From the NCBI GenBank assembly GCA_049976505.1, contig JBMFIC010000002.1, forward strand, positions 21,765-85,764: 64,000 nt of DNA, read 5' to 3'. Below the pieces are notes generated by a model. It was not told where the DNA came from. It saw only the letters and a list, made by a program, of their open reading frames with translations, and did not search any database. Shown piece after piece: positions 1 through 9,646 of the stretch. The translations under genes were made by a program, and so were the position numbers. Position 1 is the first letter of the stretch. Each line of letters starts with the position of its first letter. Source of the DNA: Nitrososphaeria archaeon. GTDB lineage: Archaea; Thermoproteota; Nitrososphaeria; Conexivisphaerales; UBA164.

Positions 1-786
1 CAGATCGGACGTAAGGTTCCTCACATAGCTCCCATATATCCAGGAGGACCTTACATGGTGGAGGATCTGCACGAGGCCGGTGGTGTTCCCGCCATAATGA
101 AGGCTATAAAGGACTTCATTTACCTCGATAGGCCCACTGTAGCTGGTTTGACCATAAGGGAAGTGGTCGAGATGGCGGATGTTAAGAATGGAGAGGTAAT
201 CAGATCAACTGAGAACCCTGTCCACAGAACGGGCGGAATAGCTATATTGAAGGGCTCGCTGGCCCCAAAGGGCAGCGTGATCAAAACGGCCGCCCTAGGG
301 GATGATTACTATTTTAAAGGCAGGGCCGTACCCTTTGACTCTGAGGAGGAAGCCTTCAGAGCCGTCATATCCGGACATATATCTGAGGGAAGCGTAATAG
401 TTGTCAGGTACGAAGGGCCAAAGGGAGGACCTGGCATGAGGGAAATGCTCGACATAACTAGCGCTGTTGTTGGAATGAAGATCGATGACAGGGTTGCTCT
501 TGTTACCGACGGAAGGTTCTCCGGCGGAACCAGGGGTCCTGCGGTGGGTCATGTAGCGCCAGAGGCCTGGGACATGGGCCCAATAGCTCTTGTTCAGGAA
601 GATGATATTATAGTCATAGATGTTAGAAACAGAAGGATTGACCTTCTCGTTGATCAGCAAGAGCTCAAGAGGAGGGCTGAGTCCTGGAAACGGCCAAAAC
701 CAAAGACCGCGTCACCTTTTCTGCTGCGCTATGCCTCTCTCGTAGAATCCGCTGACGTCGGCTGCGTTCTGAGGCGACCTACATGA
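1..786 (+). CDS. ilvD: dihydroxy-acid dehydratase, C-terminal part (5' end outside window)
   Basis: Frame 1 is open from nt 1. The tail EDLHEAGGVPAIMKAI...VTDGRFSGGTRGPAVGHVAPEA is the conserved IlvD/Edd C-terminal region. The stop overlaps the next start in ATGA (783-786). Confidence 0.85.
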   Translation, partial: QIGRKVPHIAPIYPGGPYMVEDLHEAGGVPAIMKAIKDFIYLDRPTVAGLTIREVVEMADVKNGEVIRSTENPVHRTGGIAILKGSLAPKGSVIKTAALGDDYYFKGRAVPFDSEEEAFRAVISGHISEGSVIVVRYEGPKGGPGMREMLDITSAVVGMKIDDRVALVTDGRFSGGTRGPAVGHVAPEAWDMGPIALVQEDDIIVIDVRNRRIDLLVDQQELKRRAESWKRPKPKTASPFLLRYASLVESADVGCVLRRPT

Positions 787-2357
787 GCGAAAGGATAGAA
801 ATCCTCGATACAACACTGCGCGATGGAGCTCAGATGGCCGGAGTCAGCTTTACTTTAAGCGAGAAGATTGCAATAGCAAGAAAGCTGGATGAGATAGGGA
901 TAGATATAATAGAGGGAGGATGGCCTGCGTCCAATCCCAAGGACATGGAGTTCTTCCGCGAGATAAAGAAGGTCAGCCTGTCGCATTCTAAAATAGCAGC
1001 CTTTGGATCCACCAAGAAGAAGGGATCGTCACAGGACAAGAACCTTGAAACTCTTGTGGATGCTGGCACGGAGTACGCCGTTATATTCGGCAAGAGCTGG
1101 CTCCTTCACGTCAGGGAGGTTCTGAAAGTAACTCCAGAGGAAAACCTCTCGCTGATAGGCGAGAGCATAGACTTTCTTAAATCGCATGGAATAAAGGTGA
1201 TTTACGATGCCGAGCACTTCTTTGATGGCTATAAGGAAGATCCCGAGTATGCGCTCAGCACCATCAGAACCGCTCAGGATGCTGGAGCTGAAACTATAGC
1301 CCTTGCCGACACAAACGGCGGAACGCTGCCCTTTGAGCTTCAGAGAATATTTAGAGAAGTCCGTGGCAGGATAAATGCTAGGCTAGGAATACACGCGCAT
1401 AACGACGCCGGGGTTGCGGTGGCCAACAGCCTAGTTGCGGTAAATGAAGGCGCTGTGCATGTTCAGGGTACCATAAACGGCCTTGGAGAGAGAACGGGAA
1501 ACGCTGATCTGATACAGATCATACCGGCTTTAGTTCTTAAAATGGGAAAGAAGGCGCTGAGAACCTATGACGATCTGAAGAAGCTTAGATCGCTGTCGCT
1601 GTACGTCTATAATCTACTTAACATGCAGCCCAATCCATATCAGCCCTATGTGGGCAGGTACGCTTTCACGCACAAGGGCGGTGTTCACATTGATGCCATG
1701 ATTAAGAACGTAAGATCGTATGAGCATATCGACCCAGAGCTGGTAGGAAACGAGAGGAACTTCGTTATATCCGAGCAGTCCGGGAGGTCCAGCATTCTGA
1801 TTTATGCCAACGAGCTTGGGCTCAACCTGACCAAGGATAATCCAGCGGTGATAACAACTTTAAACATGGTGAAGCAGATAGAGAAATACGGAAGCATAGA
1901 GGGAGCTGACGGCACTGTAAAGCTCATGCTTCTGAAGAACATAGGAGCGTACGTTGAGAAGTTCAGGGTTCTTTACTGGATGGCAAATTCAAGAGAAGTT
2001 AATGGCAGGATAGAGGCTGAAGGCGAGGTGATAGTAAGGGTTGGAAACGACGTCTATTATGAGAGGGAGACAGGAGTAGGCCCCGTTCACGCTATCGATA
2101 AGGCCCTCAGAAAGGCGCTAGTGAAGGTCTTTCCGGAGCTATCCAGCGTGACCCTTGAGACGTACAAGGTAACCGTAACCGAGGGGGATAAGAAGGGCAC
2201 AGCATCTTACGTGAGGGTGCTGATACAGTTCTCTGACGGAAAATCAAGCTGGACCACCGCCTCTGTATCGGACAACGTGTTGCTTGCATCCATAAACGCG
2301 CTCTGCGACGGCTATAATTACAAGCTCGCAATGATGGATCTTCGCAAACGGGCATAG
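783..2357 (+). CDS. cimA: citramalate synthase-like member of the 2-isopropylmalate/homocitrate synthase family
   Basis: N-terminal signature LDTTLRDGAQMAGVSF...IIEGGWPASNPKDMEFF, HAHNDAGVAVANS metal-site region and a long C-terminal regulatory-type domain. Translationally coupled to ilvD. Confidence 0.7.
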   Translation: MSERIEILDTTLRDGAQMAGVSFTLSEKIAIARKLDEIGIDIIEGGWPASNPKDMEFFREIKKVSLSHSKIAAFGSTKKKGSSQDKNLETLVDAGTEYAVIFGKSWLLHVREVLKVTPEENLSLIGESIDFLKSHGIKVIYDAEHFFDGYKEDPEYALSTIRTAQDAGAETIALADTNGGTLPFELQRIFREVRGRINARLGIHAHNDAGVAVANSLVAVNEGAVHVQGTINGLGERTGNADLIQIIPALVLKMGKKALRTYDDLKKLRSLSLYVYNLLNMQPNPYQPYVGRYAFTHKGGVHIDAMIKNVRSYEHIDPELVGNERNFVISEQSGRSSILIYANELGLNLTKDNPAVITTLNMVKQIEKYGSIEGADGTVKLMLLKNIGAYVEKFRVLYWMANSREVNGRIEAEGEVIVRVGNDVYYERETGVGPVHAIDKALRKALVKVFPELSSVTLETYKVTVTEGDKKGTASYVRVLIQFSDGKSSWTTASVSDNVLLASINALCDGYNYKLAMMDLRKRA

Positions 2358-4651
2358 ACTTCTAGAAGTTCAAGCCCATTTCTGATGCCGAGGACGGCCT
2401 CAGGCATGTCTACCCTTTCAAAGAACTTCTTCACCTCATCTTCTCTCTCTAGCCCTACGTGAGGTACTACTGAGGAGATGAGCCTTGGCAGTACCCCCGA
2501 CTTTGAAAAGAGCCTTCTGAGCATATCTAAGTTATCTGTGAACCAGGACCAGAGGGAATCATAGTTATAATAGTTAAGAGTTGCATATGTGATGTACCTT
2601 AGATCCTGTTTTTTCACCTGCTCAGACTTCATAAATTCCAAGGCTTTTTCAAACCCTCTTTTGTCCCTTATCAGCAGCAGGCCGCTCAGCACGTTCACCC
2701 TGTCCTCATCATTAGTGGCCATCGAATATATTGAAAGCAGCTCTCCAAAGGGATCGTTTGATACGACGGCCTTGGCAGTTGCAACCGCTCCTCTGTAGTT
2801 AGGATCGGTCGAAAAGAAGTCGTGTGCTGCAAGCTCCTTTGCCTTAGCAGAATCCTGCTGTGCAAGCCTCCTTAGAAGAACCCCCATGAAGATCTTAGCC
2901 TTGTAGTCGTTTCTGTCCTTCCAAGCTTTATAAAGCGAGCTGAGGTATTCGCGATAGATTCTCTCCATTTTGCCCTTGGAGATAGCGTTAAGGCTGGTCA
3001 GCTGTGAAAGAAGAGTTATGGCTGGAAGGTACGATTTCTCTTCCCTGAAGCTTTCAGCAACTCGAAGGTACGAATCAAAGTCCAGGGATAACGATAGAAG
3101 CCCTGCATATGTATCGCTTAGCAGGTTCCATCTGTCGAAGGAGCTCCTGCATCTTCTAGCCTCGTTTTCGAAATTTTCATAGAGTACCCTGTAGAAGCCC
3201 TTGCCATCGACGTTTAATTTCTCGGCATCTTCTATTTCGGCTGTGCTACCTTTTATCAGCTTTGAGCGCCTCATGCCATCATGCGTGTAATAGGTCAAAG
3301 GTACGGGCCAGCTGTCCTCGCTCCTCTGCAGATATCCGAATCTCATCTGTTTGATGCTTACCGAGCCATCGCCCCTTCTGGCAATCAGCACCGGGTGACC
3401 TGGTTTGGTAACCCAATCAGTCATAATTGAAAGGACGTCATGACCTGAAGCCTCATTTAGGCTGATCCAGAGATCGTTCATCGTTGCGTTTGCATAGGCA
3501 TTGGCCTTCAAGTATGACATTATGCCCTTCCTGAAGTTCTCCTCTCCAAGGTAATCCTCAAGCATTCTCAGAACGCTGGCTCCCTTTCCGTAACTAATAT
3601 CATCGAATATCTGCTCTGCCTCCTCAGGGGACTTCACCGGAACGTGTATTGGATGGGTAGTCGAAAGCGAGTCCATGTGCAATGCTGGGTCAGTTTCCGC
3701 CAGAACAAAGTCCTCCCAGTGATCCAATTCAGGAAAGACCGTTGCTATCGCTTTATAGCTCATGAAAGTGGCAAAGCTTTCATTTAGCCAAAGGTCATCC
3801 CACCATTTCATGGTTACGAGATCCCCGAACCACTGGTGGGCTATTTCATGCGCTACGACTGTAGCCACGTTTCTTCTGACAGACTCAGAGCTCTTCTCAT
3901 CAGCCAGCAGGGCTATCTCCCTGAAAGTTATGGCTCCCCAGTTCTCCATCGCTCCTACAGCGAACTCTGGAACAGCTATCAGGTGAAGCTTTGGCAAAGG
4001 ATATTTTATTCCGAAATAGCTCTCGTAAAAATCTATAACACGGCCGGCTACCTCCACAGCATAGCGCCCCCTTGCCGATTTTCCATCATATGCCGCCAGC
4101 ATGATCTTCTTCCCATCATGGACGTCCTCTATCTCGTCAAAGTCTCCCACACCAAGATAAAGTAGATAAGTTGACATTGGGGGCGTTTCCGGGAAATGGT
4201 ATGTGACGCCATTTGCGTCATTCTCAACCCTCTCCGGCAACATGTTCGAAATGACCTTTGTGTGCCTGTTGACGTGAACGGTCAGCCTGAAGCGAGCTTT
4301 GTAATCCGGCCTGTCCACGCATGGAATGAAGAGCCTTGCGCCGTTTGGCTCGAACTGCGTCGTGTAGAACTTGCCCGTCCTGCTTCTAGCAACATATAAT
4401 CCCATGAGCGTTTCCGAGGCCTTCCCCTCAAACTCTATTTCCACCTTATCCCTGACCTCTCCGGCAATCTGAACTCCATGAGGCGATACATGATATTTAC
4501 TTTCCTGTCCATCCACTTTCAATGAATCGATTCTGAGCCCCTCAGCGTCTATCCAGGGATCAATCCCCGACAGGTAAATCGTTTCGTGTCCCCTGTAGGC
4601 ACCCGAATCAAAGTCAAGAAAGATCTCTATGTCGTACTTTTCAACTCGCAT
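2318..4651 (-). CDS. M1-family zinc aminopeptidase (tricorn-interacting factor F2/F3-like)
   Basis: GAMEN motif (VGAMENWG) and zincin motif HEIAHQWFGDLVTMKWWDDLWLNESFA. I moved the start to ATG 4651 (MRVEKYD...), giving 778 aa. The 54-codon upstream extension in the ORF track would cover the divergent gene start and promoter. Confidence 0.85.
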   Translation of the reverse strand: MRVEKYDIEIFLDFDSGAYRGHETIYLSGIDPWIDAEGLRIDSLKVDGQESKYHVSPHGVQIAGEVRDKVEIEFEGKASETLMGLYVARSRTGKFYTTQFEPNGARLFIPCVDRPDYKARFRLTVHVNRHTKVISNMLPERVENDANGVTYHFPETPPMSTYLLYLGVGDFDEIEDVHDGKKIMLAAYDGKSARGRYAVEVAGRVIDFYESYFGIKYPLPKLHLIAVPEFAVGAMENWGAITFREIALLADEKSSESVRRNVATVVAHEIAHQWFGDLVTMKWWDDLWLNESFATFMSYKAIATVFPELDHWEDFVLAETDPALHMDSLSTTHPIHVPVKSPEEAEQIFDDISYGKGASVLRMLEDYLGEENFRKGIMSYLKANAYANATMNDLWISLNEASGHDVLSIMTDWVTKPGHPVLIARRGDGSVSIKQMRFGYLQRSEDSWPVPLTYYTHDGMRRSKLIKGSTAEIEDAEKLNVDGKGFYRVLYENFENEARRCRSSFDRWNLLSDTYAGLLSLSLDFDSYLRVAESFREEKSYLPAITLLSQLTSLNAISKGKMERIYREYLSSLYKAWKDRNDYKAKIFMGVLLRRLAQQDSAKAKELAAHDFFSTDPNYRGAVATAKAVVSNDPFGELLSIYSMATNDEDRVNVLSGLLLIRDKRGFEKALEFMKSEQVKKQDLRYITYATLNYYNYDSLWSWFTDNLDMLRRLFSKSGVLPRLISSVVPHVGLEREDEVKKFFERVDMPEAVLGIRNGLELLEVYARLRRSIIASL

Positions 4652-4658
4652 AACAATC

Positions 4659-4689
4659 TTTAATAAAGCATAGTAATTAAGCTTTATAG
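4659..4689. promoter_or_regulatory. back-to-back TATA-like boxes in a 41-bp divergent intergenic region
   Basis: TTTAATAAA (4659-4667) lies 26 nt before ATG 4693 on the + strand. CTATAAAG (complement of 4682-4689) lies about 31 nt before ATG 4651 on the - strand. Both spacings fit leaderless archaeal transcripts. Confidence 0.45.
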
Positions 4690-4692
4690 ACC

Positions 4693-5178
4693 ATGAGGGC
4701 GAGAAGAATTTTCCTGATTGGCGCCTCCTTTCTTTTTGCACTTTACGCAGCCCTTCTGATTCTGAACCTGACTGGGTACGCATACCCAGTTGAGGGCGTG
4801 AGCATGCAGCCAATTCTTAGATACGGATATATGGCGTTCGTTGAGCCAGCAACTATATCCCAGCTGGTTCCAAACTCAACGATAATCGTGTACTATAATC
4901 CCTTTTACAGGGAGCTCGTGATACACATGGTTATAAATAAAATCGATGACTATGCGGTAATAGTTAAAGGGGTCAACCCGATTACAAACCCCTATCCAGA
5001 TCTTAATTATTCAAGCGAAACCCCTCTCCTGGTAACCCAGAACATGATCAGGGGCAGGGTGGTCTTCTGGGTACCCTACCTGGGTTTTCTAATCCTCAGA
5101 CCATACAACTTTGTAATAAGCTTAATCTTCGTCGTAGCCGTTCTTGTAAACGCGCTTAACAATAAAGGAGCCTCTTAA
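4693..5178 (+). CDS. signal peptidase I-like protein (S26/Sec11 type)
   Basis: N-terminal TM segment followed by VEGVSMQPIL, which resembles the catalytic-Ser box (SGSMxP) of S26 peptidases. A second hydrophobic segment sits at the C-terminus. Confidence 0.5.
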   Translation: MRARRIFLIGASFLFALYAALLILNLTGYAYPVEGVSMQPILRYGYMAFVEPATISQLVPNSTIIVYYNPFYRELVIHMVINKIDDYAVIVKGVNPITNPYPDLNYSSETPLLVTQNMIRGRVVFWVPYLGFLILRPYNFVISLIFVVAVLVNALNNKGAS

Positions 5179-5654
5179 GGAACGACCTTCATGGCCTTTC
5201 CAATTATTGTATTGGTAAAGAGCGAGCTTATAACGTACCAGGTAACAAAGTTCATGCCCCATCCGCCCCTTACTGGCTCATAAGCCACAAAGTAAAATAT
5301 ATGAAACCTGAAGGGAGAAATCGCCACTGTTGAGGAGCCGAAGAACATCGCTAAAACGTAAAAAAGGATCAGAAACGGTATCAACAGGTATAGCGATACC
5401 TTAAGCCTCTCCATCTGCACCTTCATGACCAGATCCTGCAGCTGTTTCTGCTTCTTTTCAAGCTTTTCCAGCCTGTCCCTGTCACCCTCCGAAAGGGCCT
5501 GCTTGTACTCCTTGACAAACTCCTGATAGGCCTTCATAACCTCATTGCTGGCCTGAAGATCAACCTTTTTCATTATTAGAAAGTTTGAAGCTAGAGATGA
5601 GGCGAGAGCAACCCCAAATATGAGCAGAGCTGATTCCACGATGCTGAGAAACAT
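5175..5654 (-). CDS. DUF106/EMC3-type membrane protein (archaeal YidC/Oxa1-like)
   Basis: TM - charged coiled coil (KEYKQALSEGDRDRLEKLEKKQKQLQD) - TM - TM layout. Sits at the conserved position just after secY-adk. Confidence 0.6.
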   Translation of the reverse strand: MFLSIVESALLIFGVALASSLASNFLIMKKVDLQASNEVMKAYQEFVKEYKQALSEGDRDRLEKLEKKQKQLQDLVMKVQMERLKVSLYLLIPFLILFYVLAMFFGSSTVAISPFRFHIFYFVAYEPVRGGWGMNFVTWYVISSLFTNTIIGKAMKVVP

Positions 5655-5661
5655 CCTCGGA

Positions 5662-6246
5662 CTACTCTAGGCCCAGCCTTTTTATAAGCTCTTCGGCTGC
5701 GCTCTCTGGTTTTCCCTCCTCGTTTACAACTTCAGATGCAACGGCACCGGTGAGCTCGGAGACCGCTATCATGTACATGCGAGCGTATTCCAGCTCCCTC
5801 TCGATCTCCTCCACGTTAACGATCTCCCTTTTCCTAGTAGGATCAGATGCTCTCCTTTTCAAGATTATCTCAGCGGGCGCCGTTATCAGGAAAAGGTGCG
5901 TTGGCGACAGGATCTGAGCTATGTAAATCGGTATCCCCGGAAGATAACCATAAGGCGTAGGTATCTGGAAGTGAGTGTCAACTATTACAACATCTGCTTT
6001 TGACCGTCTTATCGCTTCAGCGGCGTTCCTCTGAAGCTCTACCTGTTTTTCATATGGCAATTTTCTTATCATATCCCTGTCTCTGATGCCGAGCTTCTCT
6101 GCCTCTGCCAGCATCACCGATCCGTACACGAATTGATTAAAGCTGACCCCTTTATCGGTGAGCTTCCTGTAAACTATATCAAGAACTGTGGTCTTTCCCA
6201 CGCCCGCAAGTCCTCCAACTATGGCTAACTTACTCAAACAGACCAC
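5662..6246 (-). CDS. adkA: archaeal-type adenylate kinase
   Basis: P-loop GGLAGVGKTT and conserved position after secY. The start is GTG 6246 (or TTG 6237) and overlaps the secY stop. Confidence 0.85.
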   Translation of the reverse strand: MVCLSKLAIVGGLAGVGKTTVLDIVYRKLTDKGVSFNQFVYGSVMLAEAEKLGIRDRDMIRKLPYEKQVELQRNAAEAIRRSKADVVIVDTHFQIPTPYGYLPGIPIYIAQILSPTHLFLITAPAEIILKRRASDPTRKREIVNVEEIERELEYARMYMIAVSELTGAVASEVVNEEGKPESAAEELIKRLGLE

Positions 6247-7612
6247 CCAGCCCAGGCACCGTTGAAATGAGCTGCTCCTGTGCCAGCATCCGATAGTAGC
6301 TTATTGAAATATCTATAGCTAGCAGAAGGCCGATGCCAGTTCCGTAAACGTTCAGCAGGGTGCTTGCAGCGGCTATTATTCCTATCAGCAGGCCACTGAA
6401 CAGTGTTACCACGGGAATGTATCTGTTGAGAAGCATGGCTATGCTAGTCCTGGTTGTTCTGAATCCAGGGACCTGAAGATCTGAGGCAATTATGGTTTCA
6501 GCTGCCTTCTCAGCGGACATGCCGCTGACGTCAACCCATAGCTTTGCAAAAGCAACGCTCAGAACTATCACAAATGCGGAATACGTCAGGACCTGAACCG
6601 GATGATGGAACGCTGCTGGCACCGGAGGAGGCGTGCTAATGTAGTAGAGAAGGCCTCCTGTAAAGGTACCATTCTGAACCGTGCCGAGCCATGTTATATG
6701 ATTGTAAAGCGCCGGGTTCCTTGCCAGCATGGCAAAGAAGAACTGAAAGTCAGCTATAAGAGCTGCAACGAGTATGACCGGAATGTTCGAGACGTAGAGC
6801 AACTTTATAGGATATGTTGCAGTAAACCCTTTAAATCTAGCTGATGCCACTGGAACCTCGATCCTGACGCCCTCTAAGTAAAGAATCAAAAGGGCAAAGA
6901 AGATGGTGCTTATCAGCCCTATCAGGTTAGGCAAAGTGGCAGGCCTGTTGACCACGGCTCCCAGCCTGCCGTGGATGCTTTCATTAATAGCATACGGGAG
7001 GAATCCAAAGTACTGGCCGTTTACTGGTATGGGGCTAAAAAGGTCAAGCATTATCTGCAGGGAGATCCCCGCAAGGATGAAAAGGCTGATGCCGCTTCCT
7101 ATGCCCCATCCTTTCTGCAGCATCTGATCCAGCATGAAAACTATAGACGTGGCTATGATCAGCTGCAATATTATAATTATTTTAGCATAAGGGCTTATGA
7201 CAGTTCCAACAACGCCGCTCAGCACGTAGAATATGCTTTCCGCAATAATGAATACGAAAGTCAGCACCTTAGTAAGAGCGGCAAAGAACTTCTGATCCTC
7301 TGGGTTCGTGAGATCTAGATGTATAAGATCAGATCCGATTAAAACCTGTGAGATAAGTCCAGCGGTAACTATTGGCCCTATCCCAAGGGTCATGAGAGTT
7401 CCTATGTTAGCCGCAAAAATTATCTGATAGAAGAAAAGCAGAGAGGTTGGAGAGCTGACAACCCCATAAAGAGGAACGTGTGCCATCAAGAGGTAGAGAA
7501 CCACTGCGAGGAGAGTCCATATAAGTCTTTCAGTTAGGCTCGGCCTTTGCTTTGGCTTTGGAACCTCGGGTAAGAACGCGGAGATTTTGTAAAAGGCATC
7601 TCTTGCGCTCAT
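6230..7612 (-). CDS. secY: preprotein translocase subunit SecY
   Basis: 460-aa protein with about 10 TM segments and a typical SecY N-terminus (FLPEVPKPKQRPSLTERLIWT). Follows uL15. Confidence 0.95.
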   Translation of the reverse strand: MSARDAFYKISAFLPEVPKPKQRPSLTERLIWTLLAVVLYLLMAHVPLYGVVSSPTSLLFFYQIIFAANIGTLMTLGIGPIVTAGLISQVLIGSDLIHLDLTNPEDQKFFAALTKVLTFVFIIAESIFYVLSGVVGTVISPYAKIIIILQLIIATSIVFMLDQMLQKGWGIGSGISLFILAGISLQIMLDLFSPIPVNGQYFGFLPYAINESIHGRLGAVVNRPATLPNLIGLISTIFFALLILYLEGVRIEVPVASARFKGFTATYPIKLLYVSNIPVILVAALIADFQFFFAMLARNPALYNHITWLGTVQNGTFTGGLLYYISTPPPVPAAFHHPVQVLTYSAFVIVLSVAFAKLWVDVSGMSAEKAAETIIASDLQVPGFRTTRTSIAMLLNRYIPVVTLFSGLLIGIIAAASTLLNVYGTGIGLLLAIDISISYYRMLAQEQLISTVPGLGGLFE

Positions 7613-7613
7613 T

Positions 7614-8039
7614 TTATTCTGCTGCTATCTTTCCGCCGACAGCCTTTATCTCGCTTTCAGCCTTCTTGGTCCAGCTTTCAGCTATTATGTATACTGCCCT
7701 CGTTAACTTTCCCTTGCCAAGAACCTTCTCTACGCCCATCTCCTTCAGGTTCAGGACCGGCAGACCATCCCTTGTCTCCTTTATCTCCACCTTCTCAAGC
7801 AGCTGCTCTATGTCGCCTACGTTGATCCAACTTTTAACCTCACGTGAGCGCGGTCTGTGAAAGCCATCCTTCCCGAAGTGATCGGGATCGTGCACTAGTA
7901 TCCAGCTCCATTTGTGCTTGTGAAGCCCCGCGTTGCCAACTCCTCCGTGCCCTCCTGACTTCCTGTGCTGCCCTACCTGTCCCCATCCCATCGTCCTTGA
8001 TCCTCTCAGCTTCCTTACCTTTCTCTTTCTAGTTGCCAT
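7614..8039 (-). CDS. rpl15: ribosomal protein uL15
   Basis: RKLRGSRTMGWG...GHGGVGNAG motif region and operon position. Confidence 0.9.
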   Translation of the reverse strand: MATRKRKVRKLRGSRTMGWGQVGQHRKSGGHGGVGNAGLHKHKWSWILVHDPDHFGKDGFHRPRSREVKSWINVGDIEQLLEKVEIKETRDGLPVLNLKEMGVEKVLGKGKLTRAVYIIAESWTKKAESEIKAVGGKIAAE

Positions 8040-8463
8040 TTTGCATCATCCTCTCTAATAGCTCAAGAGCGGTATATTTTCTTCTCGGAATTCCCCTTTT
8101 TGGAGGTGGCAGGCCGACGTATGGCTTTATGCCGAGCTCCTTGAACTTAACCTTCCTGTCCTCATAAAGCTTCAGTAGCTCCTCGTAACTGTTTATGCCC
8201 TTCGATTTGAGGTATTCAATCGTCAGAGGTCTCCATCCCGTGATCCTGCCCCATTTCTGAAGAAGCTCTGCAGCCTTTTCAATCGTTATCTCCTGCCACA
8301 CGATGTAGTCCTTGGCCTTCTGCAACATTCCTCTAGTAACAGGATCGTCCCTCAGTATCGTTGCGTTGAACTTTCTTCTGAGATGCAACAGACTGAGCGT
8401 TCTCTCCACCCTTTCGCTTACGTTAACAGCCCCCTTGATTCTTATGGCAACTATCAGCGTCAT
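8029..8463 (-). CDS. rpl30: ribosomal protein uL30
   Basis: IRIKGAVNVSERVERTLSLLHLRRKFNA is typical archaeal L30. Operon position fits. Confidence 0.9.
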   Translation of the reverse strand: MTLIVAIRIKGAVNVSERVERTLSLLHLRRKFNATILRDDPVTRGMLQKAKDYIVWQEITIEKAAELLQKWGRITGWRPLTIEYLKSKGINSYEELLKLYEDRKVKFKELGIKPYVGLPPPKRGIPRRKYTALELLERMMQNGN

Positions 8464-9095
8464 TTCAGGATCATCTTCGATGCATTCTTAAATGCATCAT
8501 AAACGGCGAACGCCATCGAAATGTCCGTTGATGTCATGCCGAAGGTCTTGGTCCAAGCGTCCTTAACTCCTGCAAGGCTTATCAGGTTCTTGATATGAGG
8601 TGCAGCCACTATGCCAAGCCCCCTCGGTGCAGGATAGATGATTATCCTCACGCTGCCTGTCTTTCCAGAAAGCACGTATGGAACCGAATGCGGCTGGCCG
8701 CACCTGCACTCCCAGCTTCCACATCCCAGCGGCACTGGAACGATGTTAAGCATTGCATTCCTGATGGCCTTGTCAATGGCGGTTCTTGTATTCATTGACT
8801 TAGCGTGACCCACGCCAAACCAACCGCTCTGATCGCCTATAGCTACGACAGCCCTAAACCTGGTCTTTTCTCCTGCGTCAGTCTGCTTCTGAACTACCCT
8901 GACGCCATACAGCAGGGTCTTCAGGTTCGGAAGCAGCGTCTGAACTATCTCGGGCTCCTTGATCTTGTATCCTAGCTGGAATATCTCCATTAGGCTTGTT
9001 ATCTTTCCTTCCTTGACCAGCTGTCCGAGCGTTGTTCTGGGCGTCCACTCCTTCTTCTCTTCCGGTGCCTCAGCTGGAGCTACCTGCTCGCTCAT
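8460..9095 (-). CDS. rps5: ribosomal protein uS5
   Basis: dsRBD plus S5 C-terminal domain (FRAVVAIGDQSGWFGVGHAKS...GSVRIIIYPAPRGLGI). Confidence 0.95.
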   Translation of the reverse strand: MSEQVAPAEAPEEKKEWTPRTTLGQLVKEGKITSLMEIFQLGYKIKEPEIVQTLLPNLKTLLYGVRVVQKQTDAGEKTRFRAVVAIGDQSGWFGVGHAKSMNTRTAIDKAIRNAMLNIVPVPLGCGSWECRCGQPHSVPYVLSGKTGSVRIIIYPAPRGLGIVAAPHIKNLISLAGVKDAWTKTFGMTSTDISMAFAVYDAFKNASKMILK

Positions 9096-9646
9096 TCGAT
9101 CTCACCTCCTAGAATCTTGTTCTTAATCTCATCAAATACCTTTGGAAGGCTCTCTATCTCCTTTATTACAACAGAAAACTGAGGTCCGGAATAGCCAGAC
9201 TGAACAAGGCTCTTAGCATAGGCCACTATCCTTTCACCTCTTATGACATCCTCTTCTGGAAAGACGTCCTCTGAGATCCTAAGGTTCAGCCCGGCGTCAA
9301 CAACCCCCTTTGCGAAAGCTGCTATCTTGCTTTTAGCAACGAAACCCTTGACGCCGGTATAAAGGATGGCGTCTTTTATTCCCTTCTTGACTGCCCTTTT
9401 GCCCAAAAGCAGGCCAACAAGATAAGCTGCAGGGTAGTTCTTTCTGCTGAAATTCCACCCAAGCTTCTCCAGCTCCTTGGAGTTCGTCTGAACCAGCACG
9501 ATATCTCCTGCCCTCGCCGGCTTAATAATCTGACCCCAAATATTTTTGTTCGACTTGAAAGCATAGACTATTGGAAGCTTTGACATTATAACTTTCTTCC
9601 TTCTCTTATAGTTGGTTTTAAATTCCCTTCTTCTTCTGAAGATCAT
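9092..9646 (-). CDS. rpl18: ribosomal protein uL18
   Basis: RRRREFKTNYKRRKK N-terminus and operon position. Confidence 0.9.
   Translation of the reverse strand: MIFRRRREFKTNYKRRKKVIMSKLPIVYAFKSNKNIWGQIIKPARAGDIVLVQTNSKELEKLGWNFSRKNYPAAYLVGLLLGKRAVKKGIKDAILYTGVKGFVAKSKIAAFAKGVVDAGLNLRISEDVFPEEDVIRGERIVAYAKSLVQSGYSGPQFSVVIKEIESLPKVFDEIKNKILGGEIE

Noticed and set aside
4652-4813. The N-terminal 54-codon extension of the aminopeptidase ORF (the 831-aa model).
   Set aside because: The extension (MAACSRPQLGMRTQSGSESEG...) overlaps the divergent gene's start and both TATA boxes. The family-typical N-terminus begins at MRVEKYD.
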